A DNA stretch of 64,000 bases from Amoebidium appalachense (GCA_963693365.1 CAVNZM010000006.1:8559355-8623354), one strand, 5' to 3'. Positions 48,930 through 61,200 are shown, counted from the stretch's first letter. Translations and numbers: made by a program. The notes: generated by a model from the sequence alone, not told the origin.

Positions 48930-51900
48930 TGTTGGAGTACACTGGTACTCCCGGCTAGCAATGTCTGTTAGAGAAAGTTTCTGAGCAATTGAATAACTGT
49001 TTCAACACTCACTCGAGTGCATAGAGCTTTTGTTTACGGTCATATTCATATATGGTAGTTATATGTTTGAGCCAAAACTGTACCAATGACGAGCTTCACT
49101 AGCAACGTGCTAATTGTGCTCTCTTTTCGGCTATTCCCGGTTCAGATGATGTCATGTCTATATTTGCCACAGGATTCTATTCTTAGAGTGGTAGTGTGCT
49201 TTATTCCCGGATATTCTCAGAATATTTTTAGTTGTGTGAAGCAAGATTTACGTTTAACTGCAATTGGTGTGTTAAACACGTTTATTTGTGTGCTTTAGTG
49301 CAAGTTAACTAGCCACTCAACGTGCACAGTTAACTTTTATATCTTTAACGACTTGTTTTCATTGTGCTCTCTTTTCGGCCATGCTGTACATGGCCCACCA
49401 CCAGGGTGCACACGAGGCCACCATGAGGTGGCCAACGACTATATAAAGCAGTGCCTCCCATGTCACAAACATGGGAAGCAGAACGTTTGATTTACACTTT
49501 TCTACTGTCGTTTCCAGTGCACAAAACACATAGACTAGTTACCCATCATACACGACACTATGTCTGACAACTTACAGTTGCAGCAACTAGTCCAACTACT
49601 GGAGCAGAGGTTGGCCTCACATAATGCAATCATTTCTGACTTACAGAAGGAACAACGTGCACTAGAACTAGCTTCTATGAACACAATGTCCAACAGGGTT
49701 ATGGGCCCCTCACGTAATGATTCCATCAAGTTCAAGGTCGACATCCCTCTCTTCACTGGCATTGATAATGATTCAGGCACGGACTACCACACATGGGTTG
49801 AAACCATGTATGTCCAGCTTTCTGGTGCTGGTCTTCTCCACACCATCGCGCCCAGTACGGAGCACCCGGCTACCCGTGAACAGGTCGACACTGCCCGTTC
49901 CTACCTGTGGCAAGCACTCTCGGTTGACGTGCGTTGTATCCTAGGGTTAACACGCACCACCACACCTGCGGAGATATGGTCGGCCCTATCTGCCCACTAC
50001 CTGGAGCAATCTGAGGCCAATCAGTACGACCTTATCGGGCTGTACATGAATTCTACGCCTGAACCTACGGACACCGCGACGAAATACGCCATGAAACTCC
50101 GCGGCTACGTGCGGCGCCTGGCCGATTACGGCACACAAATTGGTGATGCTCAAGTGCTGACCAAGCTCACCAACGACCTCGGCAAGGTGCCTTACTACGA
50201 AATGCCTGTAATTGCCTACAAGATGACACCCAAGCCTACCGTGATGGGCCTCCTCCAACAGCTACGGGCATATGAGACCAGCCACCCACGTGCACGTGTG
50301 ACTACCAGCTCCGGGCCGGCCGCCTTCACCACACGGGCTCCTCAACCTGTCATCTGCCACGGCTGCGGCAAACCAGGCCACATCAAGTCTCAGTGCCCCA
50401 ACGGCAACGGCCAACACAGCAACTCTGGCAACAACCGTGCCAGCACCTACCCCAAGGGTTCCTGCGTCAACCACCCACTGTCTACCAGTCACACTACCGC
50501 CATGTGCAAGGGGGGCAACCGTGCCAACGGCCGCAAACCTAAGGGTGGTCCCCTCCCGCCTGGGTCCTGCATCAACCACCCTGCCTCTACTACCCACACT
50601 ACGGCACAGTGCAAGGGGGGGGCTGCCGCTCCCCGGGCTTTCCTCATGTCTAGCAACGACTGTGGCACCAACAAGGTGCTCCTCGACTCTGGAGCCACTG
50701 ACCATGTGTGCCCCCGGCCCGATGTGTTCATCAACATGCGTGCGGCGCCTTACTCCACGGTCCAAGTAGCCGACAAGGGTGCATGTGCAGTGCTTGGGGT
50801 GGGCGACGTGTTCTTTTCCAGCACCATCGACGGCGTTACTGCGGTGCATCAGCTGACGGATGTACTCTACGTGCCCTCCATCCCCGACACTCTCATCAGT
50901 GTGTTCACGGCAACTACCAACGGTGTTTTACCCCGCTTTGACACCCGCGGCGGCGTTAAGTTGTGCTACGGCGATCAAATTCTGGCCACCGGCTCGGCTG
51001 TCGGCACCAAGCTGTACCACATGGCGGTGTCTCTTCTGCGCGCGGACACAACCCCGGACGCCCAAACCACCACTGCTCCGCGTATCCTCAAGGTTACTGC
51101 CGACCTCAACACGTGGCACTACCGTCTGGGCCATGCTGGCATTGACGCTGTACGCTCGGTCATCAAGTCTGCAGGCCTGTTGGTGGGTGGCGGTGCCAAG
51201 TCTCCGGGTGTGTGTGAGCCCTGTGCCCTCGGCAAAGCCCACCGTGTTGCCTTCTCCGAATCAACTAGCCAAGCTCCCCGGGTCCTAGCCAAGGTTCACA
51301 GCGACATCAGCGGCCCCTTCCCTCCCGCGATCGGTGGTGCTCAGTACTTGGCGACGTTCCACGACGAATTCACCGGCCACACCACGGCCGTGCCCCTCGT
51401 CAAGAAGTCGGACACACTGGCTGCATATGTGACGTACCACAAGGCGGCGGTTACCCAACACGGTGTTCCCATGCAGGTGTTTCAGTCCGACGGGGGGGGC
51501 GAGTACATGGGCACGGCCTTCGGGGACTACAACCGTGAGCATGGCATTCGCCATCAGATCACTACCACCGGCTCTCCTCAACAGAATGGGACTGCCGAAC
51601 GACTGAACCGGACCCTCCTCGACATGGTTCGGGCACTCCTGCAGCAGTCCGGCCTTCCGGTGGGATTCTGGGCCGAGGCAGCTGTGACCGCGGCTTTTAT
51701 ACGCAACATGCTCCCGTCGCGAGCCACCGGCAGCCAATCGTCTCCCGCCCTGCTGTGGACCGGCATTCCTCCTGACTACAGCCGGCTCCGTGTCTGGGGC
51801 TCTCCCTGCTACGTCCATCAACAGGATACACCGAAACTGGCGCCTCGTGCCGTCAAGGGCATCTTCGTGGGCTACCCTCCTAACATCAAGGGCTACAAGG

Positions 51901-54812
51901 TCTGGATTCCAGCAGCACACAAGATGACCGTCAGCCGTGACGTGCAGTTCGACGAGGCTGCTATTCTGCACCCCCTCCGTGATGTCCCATCTGATTGGTC
52001 GACCGCACCGGCAATTCATCATTTTTTGGAGTCATCTGATTCGTCAAATCAGCCAGCCAATCACATCGTCCGGAATGATCAGCAATCTGATTCGTCTCGT
52101 CTGTCAGCCAATGGGACAGCGCCGAGTGATCAATTGGACATTCCGATCCTGCCCGAGCCTGCACATCGGCTCCCCCGGACGACCCGTAGTGGCGCTGTGT
52201 ACAACGACCAACGTCGAGGCCCGACTGCCAACGTGGCTGCTGCTACGGCCCCCCTTGCCCCCCAGGCTACGGCTCCTGCATCAACACCCATCAAGGCTTC
52301 CACCATTGTTGTCCCCAAGACTGTCCGGGCTGCACTCAAGAGTCCCCAGCGTCTGAAATGGGAGGAGGCTGCACACCGTGAGCTCAAGGCCCTGGAAGAC
52401 AACGGCACCTTCACCCTTGTGCCCCGTCCAGAGGATGGCTCCACTGTCATTCCGGTCGGCTGGGTCTTTACGGTCAAGCAGGACAACGTCGGCAACGTCA
52501 CTGCTTTCAAGGCCCGGCTTGTGGCCCGGGGCAACTACCAGCAGCCTGGCCAGGACTATTTCGTCACCGAGTCACCTGTGGCTGCGCTGGCTACCATCCG
52601 GCTGGTTTTGGCTACCTCCGTGGCCCAAGGTCTGCCTCTGCGCCACATCGACGTCAACACAGCATTCCTCAACGGCACCGTCAACGAGACCATCTACATT
52701 GAGCAGCCCCCTGGCTTCGTCAACCCCTCGGCCCCCCATGCTGTCGGCTTGCTCCACAAGGCGCTCTACGGCCTAAAACAGGCACCGCGCCAGTGGTATG
52801 AGGCCCTCCGTGACCATCTCCTCGACCAAGGCTTCATTGTGAGTGCTGCTGACCCGTGCCTGTTCATCAAGAATGCCGGGACCCCAACGTTTATTGCCCT
52901 TGCTGCCTACGTGGATGACTTCACCGTGACGGCCGCCACTGATGCGCTCATCGACGATTTTTTCACCAAGCTGGATGCTCGTTTCTCTGCCAAGGACCTG
53001 GGTCGTCCTACCCTGCTCATCGGGCACACTCTTACCTGGCTGGAGGACGGGTCTCTGCGTCTGGGCCATCGTCAACACATCATCGACTTGGCTGCCCGTT
53101 TTCGTCTCACCCACATGTCCGGCACCAAGACCCCCATCGTCCCGGGCCAGGCCAGTGAAAGCAACAAGACCCCAGCCTACAGCAAGAAGGAGGACTATGC
53201 CAGCCTGGTCGGTGCCCTGCTGTGGATTGCGCGTACCACCCGCCCCGACATTTCCCAGGCTCTGGGAGTCCTTACTCGACACATTCATGCGCCCACCGTC
53301 ACCCACTGGACTATGGCTACCAGAGTTGTAAGCTACCTGCTGGCCACCATCGACCTGGGTATTGTCTACCGTCCCGGCCCCCCCAACCTTGTTGGCTACT
53401 CCGACTCCGACTACGCCGAGGACCGCGACACCCGGCGCTCCACCACGGGCTATGTCTTCTTCATCAACTCCTCCCCTGTGTCCTGGGTGTCTCGGCTCCA
53501 GTCCATCACCACCCACAGCTCCACTGAGGCTGAATTTGTGGCCATGTCTGCTGCTACGAACGAGGCCCTATGGCTCAACTATGTGATGGACGACCTGGGC
53601 CTTAATCCTATCAATGAGCCCACCCCGGTGCCCATCCATGGGGACAATGAGTCTGCCCGGGCCCTGCTGGACACCCTGGGGGTTAAGCCCAAGACCAAGC
53701 ACATCGACGTCCGCTACTGCTCCGTCAAGGAACATCACCTGCTGGGCAACATCACTGTGGTCCCGGTGGCTTCTGCTGACAACAAGGCCGACATGTTCAC
53801 CAAGGCCCTGTCTGCCTCTTTCTTCACCAAGGCCGTGGGGATGCTCAACATGTGCTGAGCACCCGTCATCAACCAACTGCGCCCTCATACTTCAGGGGGG
53901 GGGAGAGAGTTGCATCCGACTGTGCAACTACGTGTACCATACTAAAATTGAGTAGGGGAATCTTTATTGTCTGTATTTTGTGCACCTGAAGCACTCGAGC
54001 TCAGTTGCATTAATTCATACCACAATTATCCAATTGAGTAGGGGTGTTGGAGTACACTGGTACTCCCGGCTAGCAATGTCTGTTAGAGAAAGTTTCTGAG
54101 CAATTGAATAACTGTTTCAACACTCACTCGAGTGCATAGAGCTTTTGTTTACGGTCATATTCATATATGGTAGTTATATGTTTGAGCCAAAACTGTACCA
54201 ATGACGAGCTTCACTAGCAACGTGCTAATTGTGCTCTCTTAATTCGGCTATTCCCGGTTCAGATGATGTCATGTCTATATTTGCCACAGGATTCTATTCT
54301 TAGAGTGGTAGTGTGCTTTATTCCCGGATATTCTCAGAATATTTTTAGTTGTGTGAAGCAAGATTTACGTTTAACTGCAATTGGTGTGTTAAACACGTTT
54401 ATTTGTGTGCTTTAGTGCAAGTTAACTAGCCACTCAACGTGCACAGTTAACTTTTATATCTTTAACGACTTGTTTTCATTGTGCTCTCTTTTCGGCCATG
54501 CTGTACATGGCCCACCACCAGGGTGCACACGAGGCCACCATGAGGTGGCCAACGACTATATAAAGCAGTGCCTCCCATGTCACAAACATGGGAAGCAGAA
54601 CGTTTGATTTACACTTTTCTACTGTCGTTTCCAGTGCACAAAACACATAGACTAGTTACCCATCATACACGACACTATGTCTGACAACTTACAGTTGCAG
54701 CAACTAGTCCAACTACTGGAGCAGAGGTTGGCCTCACAAGATGCAATCATTTCTGACTTACAGAAGGAACAACGTGCACTAGAACTAGCTTCTATGAACA
54801 CAATGTCCAACA
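48930..54812 (+). mobile_element. Copia-2, apparently intact and recent LTR retrotransposon
   Basis: Near-identical LTRs 48930-49695 and 54045-54812 (TGTTGGA...TCCAACA). PBS GGTTATGGGCCC at 49697 and PPT GAGTAGGGG at 54036-54044. Inserted in the C-tract after the Copia-1A stop codon. Confidence 0.97.
49560..53858 (+). CDS. Copia-2 Gag-Pol polyprotein, 1432 aa (Gag-PR-IN-RT-RH)
   Basis: Uninterrupted ORF with CHGCGKPGHIKSQC, LLDSGATDH, WHYRLGH...CEPC, FQSDGGGEY, QQNGTAER, KARLVARG, YVDD, YSDSDYA and ADMFTK. Confidence 0.97.
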   Translation: MSDNLQLQQLVQLLEQRLASHNAIISDLQKEQRALELASMNTMSNRVMGPSRNDSIKFKVDIPLFTGIDNDSGTDYHTWVETMYVQLSGAGLLHTIAPSTEHPATREQVDTARSYLWQALSVDVRCILGLTRTTTPAEIWSALSAHYLEQSEANQYDLIGLYMNSTPEPTDTATKYAMKLRGYVRRLADYGTQIGDAQVLTKLTNDLGKVPYYEMPVIAYKMTPKPTVMGLLQQLRAYETSHPRARVTTSSGPAAFTTRAPQPVICHGCGKPGHIKSQCPNGNGQHSNSGNNRASTYPKGSCVNHPLSTSHTTAMCKGGNRANGRKPKGGPLPPGSCINHPASTTHTTAQCKGGAAAPRAFLMSSNDCGTNKVLLDSGATDHVCPRPDVFINMRAAPYSTVQVADKGACAVLGVGDVFFSSTIDGVTAVHQLTDVLYVPSIPDTLISVFTATTNGVLPRFDTRGGVKLCYGDQILATGSAVGTKLYHMAVSLLRADTTPDAQTTTAPRILKVTADLNTWHYRLGHAGIDAVRSVIKSAGLLVGGGAKSPGVCEPCALGKAHRVAFSESTSQAPRVLAKVHSDISGPFPPAIGGAQYLATFHDEFTGHTTAVPLVKKSDTLAAYVTYHKAAVTQHGVPMQVFQSDGGGEYMGTAFGDYNREHGIRHQITTTGSPQQNGTAERLNRTLLDMVRALLQQSGLPVGFWAEAAVTAAFIRNMLPSRATGSQSSPALLWTGIPPDYSRLRVWGSPCYVHQQDTPKLAPRAVKGIFVGYPPNIKGYKVWIPAAHKMTVSRDVQFDEAAILHPLRDVPSDWSTAPAIHHFLESSDSSNQPANHIVRNDQQSDSSRLSANGTAPSDQLDIPILPEPAHRLPRTTRSGAVYNDQRRGPTANVAAATAPLAPQATAPASTPIKASTIVVPKTVRAALKSPQRLKWEEAAHRELKALEDNGTFTLVPRPEDGSTVIPVGWVFTVKQDNVGNVTAFKARLVARGNYQQPGQDYFVTESPVAALATIRLVLATSVAQGLPLRHIDVNTAFLNGTVNETIYIEQPPGFVNPSAPHAVGLLHKALYGLKQAPRQWYEALRDHLLDQGFIVSAADPCLFIKNAGTPTFIALAAYVDDFTVTAATDALIDDFFTKLDARFSAKDLGRPTLLIGHTLTWLEDGSLRLGHRQHIIDLAARFRLTHMSGTKTPIVPGQASESNKTPAYSKKEDYASLVGALLWIARTTRPDISQALGVLTRHIHAPTVTHWTMATRVVSYLLATIDLGIVYRPGPPNLVGYSDSDYAEDRDTRRSTTGYVFFINSSPVSWVSRLQSITTHSSTEAEFVAMSAATNEALWLNYVMDDLGLNPINEPTPVPIHGDNESARALLDTLGVKPKTKHIDVRYCSVKEHHLLGNITVVPVASADNKADMFTKALSASFFTKAVGMLNMC

Positions 54813-55875
54813 CTCCCCCCCCCCGGCATACAGAAACCAGGAGGGAAGCCACCAACACGCACATACACTAGTTGTTTTCTTCTATATACATATATATATA
54901 TATCGTCGTTAGCTACCGTCATGTTCCGAGTCTTCAGAGGCAACCGTCGTTGTGTGCTTCTTCCGTTTTGGTTTTCTTCCCCGGCTTGCACCTTCAAGTC
55001 TTCTCCATTGTCTTCTCGAGTGGGGAAACTTGACTGTGACTTCACGGCACCTGCTTCTACATGTGTGAGAGTCTTGACATCAACAGTCACATCAACAAAC
55101 TTCACGAGAACCCAACTTCCAACCCTTGAGTGGGGATGTCATCTTCACTTGATTCTCAGCAAGACTTAGAAGTTGAGTTTTATATTTGTTTATTGGTTTG
55201 TTGTAGTTTGTTTCCTTTTCCTTTCTTCCTTTCTTTCTTTCCTTTCTGTTCCCGTGTACACCGATATCTTAGATCTGTGTACGTATCGACATACTTAGCT
55301 CGCGCACACGTATTGTCGTTTGTGTCAAAATCTATATATGTCATCCAATCAGATCTCGTTTGTATTTTCCCAAATATAGTAACTTACATTCCTTTCCCAT
55401 TCCTTTCTCACGACGTAGCATTGTGCCATGTTCTCCAACTATTAGGAATAATTATATTTAGACGTGTTATGTTAAGAACATGTATAAATGTATGTTGTGA
55501 ACTAATAGTTACATAAGTGGTTTCATTTTGTTAAATGTTTCCGTGCTTTTATTAGAAGTTTCTTTCATTAGAGGATTGAGTTTTATATTCTATGTGTCGA
55601 CAGACATTTCGATCGATATATTTTACACTCATAGTTTTCGTCTTTTTGATTGGAAAATAGAGTTTTCGTACTTTTGATTGGTTTATCGTTTTCACATTCC
55701 CAAGTATAAAAGGGACTTCATCTTGGAATAAATATCAAGCAGTCGTATTCATTTCCTATGGTTCCAGAAATCGTTCTACCTCTCCGGTTGTGTTTCTCCC
55801 GTGTGTCTCTGTGTTGTGTATAACATAACACCCATCTGTGCTCTCTGCTTCTCCGTTTACCCACACAAAACAACA

Positions 55876-57910
55876 GATCCCCCCAAACCCGATCTGCCGA
55901 CATTGGACCCCCCCTCCGACGACGACAACGAAACTCCGTCTGTGGTCATCTCCCAACCGTCCTGGCACAACCAACCAGCCCCGAACCCGTGCCTCCCCCG
56001 AGCCCCCCCCCCCCACTGGCCAACAACCCTTGCTGCCGGCCCCCCCGTCTGTGCATCAACCTGGCTGACTCCGGTTCGTCCTGGGTCCCCCACCTTCCAC
56101 TCGGCCTCGAGCAGCCCTGTGGACACCGATACCCCCCTCACCACTGGTCCTATTCCTGGCTTCCATGCCCCTGTCCCGGCCTACAACACCTCCCCGGCCT
56201 CCACCCCCCTCAAGGACCCCCCCAAGCCCAACCTTCGTCGGTCTGCACGTCTCACCAAGCCTCCAACGGCACTGGTCAGCATCACAGCACCGACCATCAA
56301 CATTGACCAACTCCCCAAGGGCATTCAAAAGCTTTGCAACGGTCCCAACGGTGATGCCGTCATAGCTGCCCTCACCTCCGAGTACCAAGCCTTCATCACC
56401 AAGGATGTCTTCACCGTTGTTGAACCCCCCCTGATGCCAACATCATCAAGTTCAAGTGGATTGTGACTGAGAAAGTCCTCAACTCAGCCGGTGACACCAA
56501 GATCAAGGCTCGTGGTGTTGCAAAGGGCTTCACTCAAGTCTACGGTGTTGACTACGGTGACACCTCTTCCCCCGTGGTGATGTCCTCCTCCGTCCATGCC
56601 CTCCTTGCCATCGGTGTGGACGGCAACCATGAGATTCATCAACTCGACGTCTCAACGGCCTTCCTCAACAGTCCTCTTCAAGAAGACATCTACATTGAGC
56701 CACCACCTGGCTTCATCACCCCCGGCAACGAGCACAAGGTCTGGAAACTCAAGAAGGCACTCTACGGCCTCAAGCAAGCATCACTGGCCTGGTATGAGTA
56801 CTTCGACAAGGTCCTTCTTGCTCACGGTCTCGAACGCTCCGTTCAGATCCAGTGTCTACATCAAGACCTTCCCCAACGGTGACATCATCCTCACTGGCAA
56901 CAATGTGGACGACGTCATCATCATCTGCACGGCCAACTCTTCCCACACCAAGGATCTAGTACTAGTAACCACATCATGAAGTCAGCTCTCTGCAAGGTCG
57001 ACCTCCCCGACATCTTCCTCGGCACCCACTGGCAGCTCATCCACACCCCCGGTCACCTCAAGCTGCTTCAACAGTCCTACATCAACGACATCGTCAGAGA
57101 CTTCAACCTCAACGATGCCATGCCCAAGGCTACTCCCATCCCCGTCGGTACCGTCATCACCATCAACGAGAACAACTCACCACCCATCAAGGTTCCCTAC
57201 CGTGAACTACTCGGCCGTCTTTTGTGGGTTGCTCGTTGTTCCCGGCCCGACATCTCATTTGCCATCGGCTACCTCGGTAGATTCAGTGCCAACCCCACCA
57301 AACTTGCATGGGAATGTCTGCTCCGTGTAGTTCGGTACCTCATCGGCACTTCCAACCTCGGCCTTCACTATGACAAGTATGCATCCGACGACAACACCCC
57401 CTTGCTGGAGTGTTATTCTGATGCCGACTTTGCCAACTGCCCCAACACCCGTCGTTCAACCACCGGATACGTCATCTTCTTCAAGGGCATACCCATCATC
57501 ACTGCAAACCCCTGCATTAGAAAATCGTGCCCTACAAAGCACGACGTGTCACTACTACATGGGTAAAAGCGGCCGGCCGATCGACGAGGCCCGGGGCGCG
57601 CGCGCGCGCGATCCGGATGCATCTTGGCCGTGACTCATCATCACGGCGCACAGGTCTCCGGCGTGCGCACATACGCGCGCACGCGACCACAGACTCTGCA
57701 CCGATCAAAACAGGCACCGACCTTACCCGTCCCCCCCCCCTCCCCCCTCCCGTCCCCCCACCCACCCACCCACCCCCACACGTGCACGGCACGACCGCCC
57801 CAAGTTTAGGAAGGGGGGGGGGGGGGGAGAGGAGAGGGGAGAAGGGAGAGAGAAGAGGGGGGGGGGGGGGGGGGGGGGAGAGAGAGAAAAGGGAGAGAGG
57901 GGGAGAGAGG

Positions 57911-57974
<64 letters not shown>

Positions 57975-58198
57975 AGAGAGAAGAAAGGGAGAAGAGTGTG
58001 TGTATGTGTATGTGTATGTGTATTGTGTGGGTGTGTGTGTGGGGGGGGGGGTTTTATTGGTGGGAAGGGGGGGGGGGGGGGGAGAGGGAAAGGGAAGAAA
58101 GAGAAGAAGGGAAGAGGAAGAGAAGGAGGAAAGGTAGAAAAGAAGGGCCGGACGAGAAGGGAGAGGAAACATGCAGAAGGGGGCAACGGAGGAGGAGG

Positions 58199-58286
<88 letters not shown>

Positions 58287-61200
58287 ACATGTGACTGTGT
58301 GTCATATGAACGTCTACAAACATGTGCATACGTGTACGGACAAACACCTACATCTTCTTCTACAAAAATAAACAAACCACACAAAAAGATACGCAAACAC
58401 ATATATGCCACAATACGAAGCAAACCTAACCTTTAAGCACCCCCCCCCCCCCCCCCCCCCCCCCACTTCACCAGTACCACCCCCTCCCTTCCCCCCCCCT
58501 CCCCACCTCTTCCCGTCCGTCCCTTTCCCTCCCATCCCCTACTAACACAACACACACGGGCACACACCATTCTCTACCGCCCGGCTACCAAGCTGCCCTT
58601 CAACTTTAAAGCATCACAGCCACCCAGACACAGGCAGGTGCACACAGGTGTAGAGGGGTGTTTTTGGTGTGTGTGTGTGTGTGTGTGTACGTGTGAGTGA
58701 TAGTGTGTAGTAAAGTAAGAAAAAAGCAAATTTTATGGATAACGTATGGTATTAAGACGTCATGAATTTTAGGCAAGGCTTGGGTACACATTATTATCGT
58801 TTCATTATAAAGCCATGAATGCATGCAAAGGAGAGGCATGTCCAAAGTGCAAAACTCACTGGCCTGAAAATACCTGTATGGGCTCGAATACATGCATACA
58901 CAAACACAAACACCATAAAAAGACTCCTTCCCGATGCAAGAATGAAAGCCATGTGTTGAAAAAAAAAAGGGAAGGAGTGAATGAAGAGAAAAGATGAACA
59001 GCAGTCCTAAACGAAGATCAAACACTGGCCTTGCAGGCGTGCCAGTACAGCGCGAGGGCAGGAAGAGGGTGGAGAGGCGAAGAGGGAGGGAAGGAGGCTG
59101 CGGACTTCAGAGTAGGGGCGGGAGGGGGCCGGGGGGGGGGGGGGGGGGGGGGGGTAAAACTAACCTGCCTGTTGTGGCAAGGAGTGCACACGTCCAGAAT
59201 TTTCGCCGCCATTTTTAATTAAAAAACATAGAAGGTAGCACGGTTCGAATTGAACGCAGAAGTAGAGATATTAAAAAAGGGTGTCAAAAAAAACACACCA
59301 CGTCTTGTATATAACTGACAAACGATATGAACTTCGAGAACAACAGGAGTGGACTTATGACAAAGGAAAGGAAGTTCTCCCCGGCAGATGACCTGGTTGT
59401 AAAGGAAATAATGACTCTATGTTACAACCTCTGTTGCAATGACAAAGTTGACAGAGCGGCGCACGCAGTTTGACTACGGTAGCGTGCGCGAAACTTAGAC
59501 TCCTTGCGTGCTTGCTCTTGGTCACGCACATTCACCTGCACTAATCGTTGCCGACTGGCACGTGTCAGTTCAAGCATCAAAGGATGTGTGCCTCGATCGC
59601 ATTCCTGGGTGCGGCCCAAACCAATCAAGTGCTAGCCCGCAGGTGCGTGTGGTTCAGCCCAAACATACGAGGCTCACGATCCACGATTCCCCGCGGATCG
59701 CACCCGAAATATCGGTGCAGTGTAGGACCGCACGCCGCATGGGCAACATTCCTGCAGAAGCAAAACACATTCCACAAAAAATCGGTGAAAATCGTCCATC
59801 GGCCGGCCCTACCAGTTCATAATGTAACCCGGTCGTCACTCGTAGGTACCTACTTTCCTATAGCGGGACTGGCAGTGTCACATGGTATTCGAGCTACAAT
59901 CCATCACGGCAACATCCACCACCGAGGCTGAGCTTCTGGCCATCAATGCTGCTGTTCAAAACGTCATCTGGCACCGTGATCTCCTCCGTGAACTCGGCTA
60001 CCCGATGACCGACCCCACCCCTGTCTACTGTGACAACCAGTCCACCATTGCCCTCCTGCACACCAACAGCATCAAGCACCGGACCAAACACATTGCCGTC
60101 CGGTACCACAACACGAAGGACTACATCAAGAGTGGGGATGTGGTCGTCACCTACGTGTCCACCAAAGACAACGTGGCTGACATCTTCACCAAGCCCCTGC
60201 CCGGGCCCTCCCACGAGCAGCACCGTGCTTCCCTCAGTTATCGTGACTGAGTGTGCCCCCCCCCCCCCCCCCCCCCCCCCCGGTTCATCTACAGTGGTCT
60301 TCAAGTAGGTTGGGGCCCTGGCCAGTGGTCTACACATCACCGTGTAGAGACACCTCCCAACGAAAGTCTACTGCTGTCTTCATCGATCTTCAGTGTGTGC
60401 ATCTTCAGTGGGGACTTCTTCTCCACCATCCGTCGTTTATTTATATACCATCATATATATTGGTTTTCTTTTATATTCGATTTATATATCTGTCGAACTG
60501 GGATGGCGTCCCAGTATAAATAATTATCTATGGCCATTGCGTGCTGTTGACTGCCAGTCTAAACCTAGTCCTCGGGATGCTCATTCCCCGTGTCTTAACT
60601 GTTGACCACCAGTCTATAAATCAGTCCACAAGATGTTCATGCCTTTGTTTATCTGGGTGTCCCCAGTATAAATCATTAGCCACCAACACGTCACACATAC
60701 ACTAGTTGTTTTCTTCTATATATATATATATATCGTCATTGGCTACCGTCATGTTCCGAGTCTTCAGAGGCAACCGTCGTTGTGTGCTTCTTCCGTTTTG
60801 GTTTTCTTCCCCGGCTTGCACCTTCAAGTCTTCTCCATTGTCTTCTCGAGTGGGGAAACTTGACTGTGACTTCACGGCACCTGCTTCTACATGTGTGAGA
60901 GTATCAATGATTAACATCAACAGTCATCAACAAACTCACGAGAACCCAACTTCCAACCCTTGAGTGGGGATGTCATCTTCCCTGATTATCAGCAAGACTT
61001 AGAAGTTGAGTTTTTATTTTTTATTAGTTTTTTTAGTTTTTTCCTTTTCCCTTTTCCTTTCTTTCTTTCTTTCCTTTCTTTTCCGTGTACACCGATATCT
61101 TAGATCCGTGTACGTATCGACATACTTAGCTCGCGCACACGTATTGTCGTTTGTGTCAAAATCTATATATGTCATCCAATCAGATCTCGTTTGTATTTTC

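Larger units (their letters stand above)
38614..55875 (+). mobile_element. Copia-1A LTR retrotransposon, decayed, hosting two nested elements
   Basis: 5'-truncated LTR at 38614-39187, PBS-like GGTTTACGGCCC, gag from 39262, zinc knuckle CSYCHEPHHITAC and protease WDSAC. Integrase LRFDSGSEF/QHNGVVER, RT KARGVAKGFTQ/QLDVSTAFLN/YVDD, RNase H YSDADFA...ADIFTK with stop at 48880. PPT GAGTGGGGA, then 3' LTR 55137-55875. Confidence 0.93.

Noticed and set aside
50262-53888. Long antisense ORFs within Copia-2 and other retroelements
   Set aside because: Expected shadows of GC-rich, codon-biased sense ORFs, with no recognisable domains.
55314-55875. Copia-1 LTR starting at TGTCGTTTGTG (imperfect inverted match to the LTR end; coincides with the 38614 boundary)
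   Set aside because: The PPT directly precedes TGTCATC at 55137 and 60971, and the related solo LTR resembles that upstream part, so the longer LTR was preferred. Not fully excluded.
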